Below, piece after piece: positions 1 to 6,594 of a DNA stretch of 13,556 nt. The notes below the pieces were generated by a model. It did no database searches, was not told the DNA's origin, and saw nothing but the letters and a program-made list of their open reading frames with translations. Origin of the DNA: an uncultured Acidobacteriota bacterium. Lineage in GTDB: Bacteria; Acidobacteriota; Polarisedimenticolia; J045. Made by a program: the position numbers and the translations under genes. How positions within the stretch are numbered: position 1 is the stretch's first letter; every line of letters starts with the position of its first letter. The DNA is taken from positions 1-13,556 of the forward strand of contig CAVPCQ010000008.1 in the NCBI GenBank assembly GCA_963702425.1, given 5' to 3'.

Positions 1-423
1 TCAGTCGACCTCCTGCGCGGTGAGGAACATCGCCTTCTCGAAGGCCTGGAAGAACTGCTGGTAGAGCACCGGGTCCGTGACCGGCTCGACGGCGTACTGC
101 GCGCTGGCCCGCACGACGACCTGCGTCGTGCCGCGCTCGCGGACGGTCACCGTGATCCGCAACGGGTATCTGTCCAGCTTGGTCGCGCTCACGGTCCCCA
201 GCTCCAGATCGGCCTTGTCGATCACGAAGCCCAGGTCCTGGAGCGTGGCGATCGCGGTCCTCAGGGTCTTCTCGACGTCCGTCGTGTCGAACGCCCGCGT
301 CTGGATCGCCCGGAGCTGCACCTGGGACTGGCCGGTGTCGAGCACCTGCTCGGTCGTCGTCGCACAGCCGACGAGAAGGAGCGCGAGGATCACTGCCTGT
401 CCGAAACGGCTCCCGGTTCTCAT
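1..423 (-). CDS. Uncharacterised lipoprotein (140 aa), paralog of the 428..952 gene
   Basis: ATG at 423-421, 4 nt after the upstream stop. Signal peptide with lipobox LVG-C20 (MRTGSRFGQAVILALLLVGC). Shares LRxxQxRxFDT, LQDLGFxI and LYQxFFxxxxKAxFL with its neighbour. The ORF-track start at 588 overlaps the neighbour and was discarded. Confidence 0.85.
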   Translation of the reverse strand: MRTGSRFGQAVILALLLVGCATTTEQVLDTGQSQVQLRAIQTRAFDTTDVEKTLRTAIATLQDLGFVIDKADLELGTVSATKLDRYPLRITVTVRERGTTQVVVRASAQYAVEPVTDPVLYQQFFQAFEKAMFLTAQEVD

Positions 424-427
424 CGGC

Positions 428-952
428 TCAGATCTCGTGGGCGTCGAGGAAAACCGCCTTGGACAACCGGCGGAAGAACTCCTGATACAGCTCCGGGGCC
501 TCCAGGCTCTCCTCCCGCGTGATCGTGTTTTCGGTGCTGAACACGATCCGTTGGAAGGTGACCCGGACGATCGTCCCCGGCTCCACACCGGCCAGGGGAC
601 GGGTCACGACGGCGACGCGGATCTTCTGGTTCTTCTCGATCGGGATCCGCACGCCGATGGCCGCCGCGAAGGCCGCTCCGACGATCTGCCCCGCGTTCAT
701 CGCATCGCGGTCCTTCGACCCGACGATCACTCCCAGCTTCGTCTCGCTCTCCTCGATCGTGAAGCCCAGGTCCTGCAGCAGACCCGCGGACGCCTTGAGC
801 AGCTCGAGCTCCTTCCCGGTGTCGAAGCGGCGCGACTGCAGCTGCCGCAGCGCCAGGCTCTCCGGAGAGAGGGTGAGCGCGTCCGGGGGCACACCGGTCG
901 CGCATCCCGTCAGGACGACACCGATGAGCAGGCAGGCGACGCCGGTCCGCAT
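428..952 (-). CDS. Uncharacterised lipoprotein (174 aa) with a Gly/Ala-rich hydrophobic insertion
   Basis: ATG at 952-950, 11 nt downstream of the previous stop. Lipobox LTG-C17. Internal segment AGQIVGAAFAAAIGV. Clear paralogy with 1..423. Confidence 0.85.
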   Translation of the reverse strand: MRTGVACLLIGVVLTGCATGVPPDALTLSPESLALRQLQSRRFDTGKELELLKASAGLLQDLGFTIEESETKLGVIVGSKDRDAMNAGQIVGAAFAAAIGVRIPIEKNQKIRVAVVTRPLAGVEPGTIVRVTFQRIVFSTENTITREESLEAPELYQEFFRRLSKAVFLDAHEI

Positions 953-963
953 GAATGAAGATC

Positions 964-1362
964 TCAGAAGGTCGATGCGTGATAGGCGAAGTCCCGGACC
1001 TTCTTGTTCTCGTCGAATTTCACGATGATGGTCAAGGTCTTCTGGGTGGTCGTCTGGGAGCTCGACGAATTCGACCCGCCGACGACGACGATCGTGAAGT
1101 AGCCGTCCTGCGAGCTGTCGACGCGCGTGGTCGAGACCTTGTCCCAGACCCACACCTCCCGGCGCTGGTCGTCGGTCGTCACGACGTTCGGCGAGCCGAG
1201 TGCCTGGATGACCTCCTCGCCGGACATGCCGATGGCGATCTTCCGCTGCACTTCGCCGACGGTGAGCTGGGTCTCGCCCGGCGCGGGCTCGGGAGCGGGG
1301 GTCGTCGCGCATCCGAGGAGCGACGACGCCACGAGGACGGACAGCAACCAGGGGGTTTTCAC
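964..1362 (-). CDS. BamE/SmpA(OmlA)-like lipoprotein (132 aa)
   Basis: GTG start with SD GAGGAG at 1376-1371. Lipobox LLG-C18. IAIGMSGEEVIQALGSP...EVWVWD...LTIIVKFDENKKVRDF resembles the SmpA/OmlA fold pattern (GMS-x2-V-x3-LG-P, W-x-Y/W, F-D-x-x-x-V). Probably not the canonical bamE ortholog. Confidence 0.8.
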   Translation of the reverse strand: MKTPWLLSVLVASSLLGCATTPAPEPAPGETQLTVGEVQRKIAIGMSGEEVIQALGSPNVVTTDDQRREVWVWDKVSTTRVDSSQDGYFTIVVVGGSNSSSSQTTTQKTLTIIVKFDENKKVRDFAYHASTF

Positions 1363-1590
1363 GGGTCAGCCTCCTCGGGGATCATCTTCCGCCTTGGGAC
1401 CCCGCACTTCAATCTAGGATCGGCCGCCGACGCCTCGTCCGTGGTCCGCCGCGCTCCGGGGTCTCGCGTCTGCGGCCCCCGGCGCCCCTTACGCGAGAAC
1501 GAAAGCGGATTAGTGCGGGGTGGCACCAGCCTCCCGAGCAACCCGTTCCGATAGCATGGCTGCAGCGGTCCAACCTGGGGGGGGTGACTC

Positions 1591-3051
1591 ATGAGTGCTT
1601 CCGGCTCTGTGGCGGGTCGCGCGGCGCTCGCCGTCGGCTTGATGGTCGGCTTCTATGTCCTGGCGCTCGCGATCACGGCCGCGCTCGTCTTTGTGCCGAT
1701 TGCCGAGGTGGTCTACACGAACCGGATCCATCCGAAGATCGCGCTCATCTGCCTCATCGGGGCCGCGACGATTCTCTGGTCGATTCTCCCGCGCCGGGAT
1801 CGGTTCGACGCGCCCGGTCCGACCCTCGAGCCGGCGAGCCACCCGAAGCTGTTCGCGGAGATCGAGGGGGTCGCGCGGGCGACGGGGCAGGTCATGCCCG
1901 CGGAGGTGTTCCTGGTCGGCGACGTCAATGCCTGGGTCGCGCAGCGCGGCGGCGTCATGGGGTTCTTCAGCCGGCGAGTGATGGGGCTCGGACTGCCCCT
2001 GCTGCAGACTCTCTCGGTGTCGGAGCTGCGTGCCGTCCTCGCGCACGAGTTCGGCCACTACTACGGCGGCGACACCCGGCTCGGCCCGTGGGTCTACAAG
2101 ACGCGATCCGCGATCGGCCGCACGATCGGAGGCCTCGGGAACTCGTTCCTTCAGCTTCCGTTCCTGCTCTACGGCAACCTCTTTCTCAGGGTCTCGCACG
2201 CGGTGTCACGGCGCCAGGAGCTCAGCGCCGACGCGCTGGCCTCGCGGGTCGCCGGATCGCGGCCGCTCGTCGAAGGGCTGAAGAAGGTCCAGCTCGCGGC
2301 GGCCGGCTACGACGCGTACTGGTCACAGGAGGTCCTCCCCGTCGTGCAGGCGGGGTTCCTTCCGCCGATCGCGGAAGGCTTCCGGAGGTTCACTTCCGAC
2401 GCTCGAGTCTCCGAGGGGATGACGAAACTGCTCGAGGCGGCATTGCAGGAGGCCAGGGCCAACCCCTACGACACTCACCCACCGCTGGCTGAGCGGATCG
2501 CCGCCGCGTCCGGCCTGCCGGACGGGCCCGATCCCTCCGGGGAGCCACCCGCGATCTCGCTCCTGTCGGACGTCGCAGGCCTGGAGCGCAGGTGGCTCGC
2601 CACGGTGGCCGATGCGACGAGCGTCGGAACGCTCGCCCCGATCGCGTGGGACTCGGTTGTCTCCGCCGTTTTCCTGCCTGCCTGGCGCGCTGCGGTGGCG
2701 ACGAACGCGGCCGCGCTCGAGGGGGCGACCGTTTGCGATCTCCCGAAGTTCATCTCCGAGGGCGCTGCCCGGGCCACGCGTTTGCCAGGCCGCCTCGAAC
2801 CGGACAATGCCCCGGATGCTCGCAAAGCCTTCGTCCGATGGCTGGCGGCCGCGGGAACGATCCTGGCGCTCGAGCGCGCGGGCTGGACGATCGCGGCCCC
2901 TCCCGGGGCTCCCGTGTCGGCGCGACGGAACGGGGACGAGCTGTTCCCCTTCGACGCGCTGCGGAAGATCGCAGACGGTTCGCTCACGGGCGACGCGTGG
3001 CGCGACGAAGCGTCGCGCCTCGGGGTCGGGGACCTGTCGCTGGCGGGCTGA
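1591..3051 (+). CDS. M48 family (HtpX/Ste24-like) membrane zinc metallopeptidase with a C-terminal extension (486 aa)
   Basis: Two N-terminal hydrophobic helices, VNAWV, ELRAVLAHEFGH (HExxH at 2044-2058), third ligand in RRQELSAD, and THPPLAERI. SD-like GGGGTGA upstream. Confidence 0.92.
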   Translation: MSASGSVAGRAALAVGLMVGFYVLALAITAALVFVPIAEVVYTNRIHPKIALICLIGAATILWSILPRRDRFDAPGPTLEPASHPKLFAEIEGVARATGQVMPAEVFLVGDVNAWVAQRGGVMGFFSRRVMGLGLPLLQTLSVSELRAVLAHEFGHYYGGDTRLGPWVYKTRSAIGRTIGGLGNSFLQLPFLLYGNLFLRVSHAVSRRQELSADALASRVAGSRPLVEGLKKVQLAAAGYDAYWSQEVLPVVQAGFLPPIAEGFRRFTSDARVSEGMTKLLEAALQEARANPYDTHPPLAERIAAASGLPDGPDPSGEPPAISLLSDVAGLERRWLATVADATSVGTLAPIAWDSVVSAVFLPAWRAAVATNAAALEGATVCDLPKFISEGAARATRLPGRLEPDNAPDARKAFVRWLAAAGTILALERAGWTIAAPPGAPVSARRNGDELFPFDALRKIADGSLTGDAWRDEASRLGVGDLSLAG

Positions 3052-3083
3052 TCGCGGTCGGCAGCGCTTCCGCCCACCCGCGC

Positions 3084-4412
3084 TCAGAGCTTGACGATCT
3101 CGACCCTCCGGTTGGTCTGCCGTCCTTCCGGCGTGTCGTTCGGCGCCGCCGGCTTGCTCGCCCCGAACCCCTTGCTCTCCAGCCGCCCGGCGTCGATCCC
3201 GAAGTTGGCGACGAGCGACTGCTTCACCGCCGCGGCGCGTTTTTCGGACAGGACCTGGTTCGAGGCCTCGCTGCCGACGTTGTCGGTGTGCCCTTCGATC
3301 AGCAGGCGCAGGTCGGGGTGATCCTTCAGCATCTGGCCGATTTCCTTGAGCGTGCCCGACGACTCGGGGCGCAGCTTGTCGCTCCCGGTGTCGAAGTAGA
3401 TCCCCTGGAGCGCAAGCCGACCGGTGACGGCGAACGCGTCGTAGATCTTCTTGTCGCTCGCCGCGACCCGGAAGTTGCCGACGTAGACGTAGTACGGCTC
3501 CTCGGCGAAGAACGTGTTGATCCAGATCTTGTTGCTCTTCAGGAGCTGGGCGTTGGGGACGTTCGCGATCCGGCGGTCGTTGACGTAGAACTTGACGTAG
3601 GAGCCGTCGGCCAGGAGCATCATCTTGTTCGGGCGGTTGTCGTTCAGGTTGGTGAGACCCGACTGGGTGTGCGGGGCGCCCTCGGCGCCGCCGAGCAGCG
3701 ACGCGCTGTCGGGCCGGAGCGCGAACATGTTCGCCAGGTGCCCGGCGTGGTCCTTCTCGAAGGAGATCTGGATGCCGGCCTGCCCCCGCTGATCGGCCGG
3801 GTGGCCGAAGATGAAGTCCATCTCGAAGGTCCACCGTTCCGGCAGCGGCTCCGTCAGGTTGATCGAGATCCACGCGCCGCCGTGGCCCTCGCTGCGCAGG
3901 AAGCGCGCCCCCTGCCACTCGACGATCTCCCAGTTCCCCGACTCGAAGCCCAGGCGGCGCGGGAAGTCGCCGACGGTGTCCTGCGCGAAGTCGTCGGCGA
4001 AGATCACGCGGTTCCCGGGCACGAAGTCGAAGTTGGCCCACACTCCCTGCATCGGCCCGACGGGACCCGGCTCCGCTCCTTGCTTGGTGCCTCCGGCCGG
4101 CGTTGCGGCCGCTCCGCCGGGCTGCTGGTCCTCCGGCAGCGGATTTCCCTGCTCGTCCACGAGCACGACCTTCTTGCCCTTCTTCTTCGCCTTGTCGAGG
4201 CAGGCCTGGTCGGACGCGACGCACTTCATCGCGTTCTCCGCCGAGTCCAGCCCCTCGTCGATCGCCTCGTCGGTCTTCTGGTCGGCGCGCTGCGACGACT
4301 TCTGCTCGACTTTCTTCTTGACCTTGTCGAGCCAGCTCTGGCCGGAGACGACGGGGGCGAACAGCACCATCAGGACGACCGGGATCGAGACCAGGGAGGA
4401 CGGCGAGCGCAT
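3084..4412 (-). CDS. Secreted OmpA-family protein (C-terminal peptidoglycan-binding OmpA-like domain, central beta-sandwich-like domain; 442 aa)
   Basis: ATG at 4412 with GGAG upstream. Sec signal peptide ending ...VVSG/Q. C-terminal IYFDTGSDKL...IEGHTDNVG...NQVLSEKRAAAV...GFGASKP...NRRVEI is the OmpA_C-like signature. Confidence 0.92.
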   Translation of the reverse strand: MRSPSSLVSIPVVLMVLFAPVVSGQSWLDKVKKKVEQKSSQRADQKTDEAIDEGLDSAENAMKCVASDQACLDKAKKKGKKVVLVDEQGNPLPEDQQPGGAAATPAGGTKQGAEPGPVGPMQGVWANFDFVPGNRVIFADDFAQDTVGDFPRRLGFESGNWEIVEWQGARFLRSEGHGGAWISINLTEPLPERWTFEMDFIFGHPADQRGQAGIQISFEKDHAGHLANMFALRPDSASLLGGAEGAPHTQSGLTNLNDNRPNKMMLLADGSYVKFYVNDRRIANVPNAQLLKSNKIWINTFFAEEPYYVYVGNFRVAASDKKIYDAFAVTGRLALQGIYFDTGSDKLRPESSGTLKEIGQMLKDHPDLRLLIEGHTDNVGSEASNQVLSEKRAAAVKQSLVANFGIDAGRLESKGFGASKPAAPNDTPEGRQTNRRVEIVKL

Positions 4413-4485
4413 GGAATGCTCCGCGCGGCGAGAGGGGAATCCGGGCGCGGACCGCCGCATGCCGAGGCCCGCCGATCTTCTGGGT

Positions 4486-4515
4486 TATATAGGCCGGGGC
4501 CGAGCCCGCGGTCAA
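4486..4515 (-). promoter_or_regulatory. Putative sigma70-type promoter for the OmpA-family gene
   Basis: Minus strand reads TTGACC-N18-TATATA, an AT-rich island in GC-rich DNA, about 75 nt upstream of the start codon. Confidence 0.6.
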
Positions 4516-4624
4516 TCAAGACGAGGCAGTTACTCAACGGCGTGACTTCGTTATCCGCCGGCTGATGGAATCTGTCGTGCTCCGCGGGCGGACGATCCGC
4601 AGCACGCGGACCGCGGCCCGCCGC

Positions 4625-6592
4625 TCACGGCGCCCAGGAGACCATCGCACTCGACGCCGTCGAGGTGGCCCCGTACAGCTTCTTCAGCTCGCCGAACCGC
4701 TCGACCGGGTAGTCGGTCTTCTCGAGCACGAGCACCCAGCGGGCGCGAATCTCTTCCCCTTCCCGCGAGCCGCTCACGGTGCTCGACCAGCCGTCGGCCG
4801 CGGCCGTCTTCGGCGCGGGCGGGGTCGCCTTCGCCGGGAAGCCCCGCAGCGCCACCTCGGTGCTCAGCTGCCGCGGGTAGGCGTACGCCACCGCAACGGT
4901 CCGCTTTCCGAGCTGCGGGCGCGGCAGGCCGTCGTCCGCACCGGCGAAGACCGGCACGTGGGGCGGCGTCCCGCCGGTCTTCACGACGGGCATCGTCCAG
5001 GCGATCGTCTCGACGAAGGCGCCGTCGGCTGCTTCCGCCTCGACCTCGTAACGGACCGGCTTCGCGTCGAGCCACTCCTCGCGGAGCGCCTGTTCCTGCT
5101 CCTTGCGCCGGTCGACCGCGCCGGTGCGCTCGCGCTGGCGCTCGTGCGCAGCCGGCGCACCGTAGGCGCGCGTCGTCAGCTCGAGCGCCACGGTGTCGCC
5201 GGGCCGCAGCTCACCCGTGATCCGGCGCTCCACGCGGTGGTCTTCCGGCCGCCGCCCGGGCAGGGTGACGATCCGGCCGCGCCCCGGCGCCGCAACGAGC
5301 GCTCGCTTGCCGGAGAGGCCGTCCGAGATCCAGCCGATCGACGTGTGCTCGTCCGTGGCGTCGATGATCGCGAGCGGCCCGAGCTCCCCACCGTCCGCGA
5401 CCGCCGGACCGAACGCCGCCGCGTCCCCCGCCGAGACCGGCACCGCCACGATCTGGTGATCGAACGCTCCGAGCAGCGCGATTCCCTCCGGAACCGTCGC
5501 CCCGTACGTCAGGTTCACCATCACCGGGTAGGACGGAATGCCGATCGAAGCGAGCAGCGCGCGCGTCAGCGCCGCCTTGGCCTTGCACTCGCCGTGGAGC
5601 GTGCGCAGCGTCTCGGCCGCGCGCTCGGGGCGGTAGCCGCCGATGCCGACCAGCCGCGCGGTGTACCGCACGCTGTCGCGCACGTAGCGCGCCACCGCGT
5701 GGATCCGCTCCGGGACCGTGTCGGCTTCCTTCGTCACGCGCTCCGCCGCGGCGCGGATCTCGGGCGTGACCTCGTCCGTGCCGGCGGCGAGCTTCAGGAA
5801 CCACTCCGTCAGTGCGGGCCAGTCGGACGCCGGCGCGACGCGCGGGACCGTCCCGGCCGGCGGTTCGATCGACACGACGAGCCAGGGCGCGGTCTCGACC
5901 GGGGACGGCGCGAGCGGCGGGTCGTCCTCCGCGGGCAGGTCGCGCAGCTCCCAGGTCGTCGTGGTGCCGGTTCGTGCCGGCTCGACAGCCGCGTGATGCA
6001 GCCATTCCGAGCGCAGCGTCCAGCCCGGCGGCGTGACGATCTCGAGCCGCGCCACGGCGATCGGTCCGCGATCGACGAAGACCTCCGCCGTCGCCAGCGT
6101 GTAGGGCTCGACGACCGCCTCGAATTCGAAGAAGACGAGGCTGCCCGGCCGCACGTCGTCCATCCCGACGACCCGCCGCTTGGCGTCGGTGATGAAGGCG
6201 TCGTCGGCCACGATGTCGATCTGCGAGGACCGTCCGCTCCGCTCGGCCCGCTCGCCGGGCGGCTGGTGCCAGGCCCGCGAGACCTTCATCCGGGCGCGGT
6301 CGCTGAACGGGAAGTAATCGATCCCGACGCTGCCGCCACGCGCGGTCAGCGCCTGGCGCGCGACGCGTACCCGTTCGATCCAGGTGCCATCCGGCTGCAC
6401 CTCGATCCGGCGCTCGCGGAAGAGGACCCGGCCGTCGTGCCTCGAGATCCCCGGCTCGAGCGGCGGCGGTGCCTCGGCGATCGGCTGGGCCCACTCGGGC
6501 AGGCGCGCGGCCTGCGCTGCCGGCGCGGCCGCGAGGAGGAAGGCCAGCGTCGAGGCGCCAAGCACCGCAATGAACTGGGGCTGCCCGCGCAC
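4625..6592 (-). CDS. DUF3857- and transglutaminase-like-domain protein, predicted catalytically intact (655 aa)
   Basis: GTG at 6592, 2 nt after the upstream stop, with GAAGGG upstream. Signal peptide ...APAAQA/ARLPEW. DUF3857-like N-terminus (DVRPGSLVFFEF). TGc core VRDSVRY...AAETLRTLHGECKAKA (C336), FDHQIVAV (H379), IIDAT (D411). This is the real part of the 2968-aa track ORF. Confidence 0.88.
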   Translation of the reverse strand: MRGQPQFIAVLGASTLAFLLAAAPAAQAARLPEWAQPIAEAPPPLEPGISRHDGRVLFRERRIEVQPDGTWIERVRVARQALTARGGSVGIDYFPFSDRARMKVSRAWHQPPGERAERSGRSSQIDIVADDAFITDAKRRVVGMDDVRPGSLVFFEFEAVVEPYTLATAEVFVDRGPIAVARLEIVTPPGWTLRSEWLHHAAVEPARTGTTTTWELRDLPAEDDPPLAPSPVETAPWLVVSIEPPAGTVPRVAPASDWPALTEWFLKLAAGTDEVTPEIRAAAERVTKEADTVPERIHAVARYVRDSVRYTARLVGIGGYRPERAAETLRTLHGECKAKAALTRALLASIGIPSYPVMVNLTYGATVPEGIALLGAFDHQIVAVPVSAGDAAAFGPAVADGGELGPLAIIDATDEHTSIGWISDGLSGKRALVAAPGRGRIVTLPGRRPEDHRVERRITGELRPGDTVALELTTRAYGAPAAHERQRERTGAVDRRKEQEQALREEWLDAKPVRYEVEAEAADGAFVETIAWTMPVVKTGGTPPHVPVFAGADDGLPRPQLGKRTVAVAYAYPRQLSTEVALRGFPAKATPPAPKTAAADGWSSTVSGSREGEEIRARWVLVLEKTDYPVERFGELKKLYGATSTASSAMVSWAP

Positions 6593-6594
6593 CG

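Noticed and set aside
964-1362. Assigning the gene symbol bamE
   Set aside because: Only fold-level motifs match. The long insertion and the gene context differ from canonical bamE.
3052-3083. Intrinsic terminator between the convergent M48 and OmpA genes (also GC stems at 4577-4620)
   Set aside because: Only imperfect GC stems with no U-tract on either strand.
4515-4540. Resemblance of ATCAAGACGAGGCAGTT to ATCAACGATCGAATTAGGCAGTT near 10163-10185
   Set aside because: Only an 8-nt exact core (AGGCAGTT) with gaps, in different orientation relative to the downstream genes; not distinguishable from chance.
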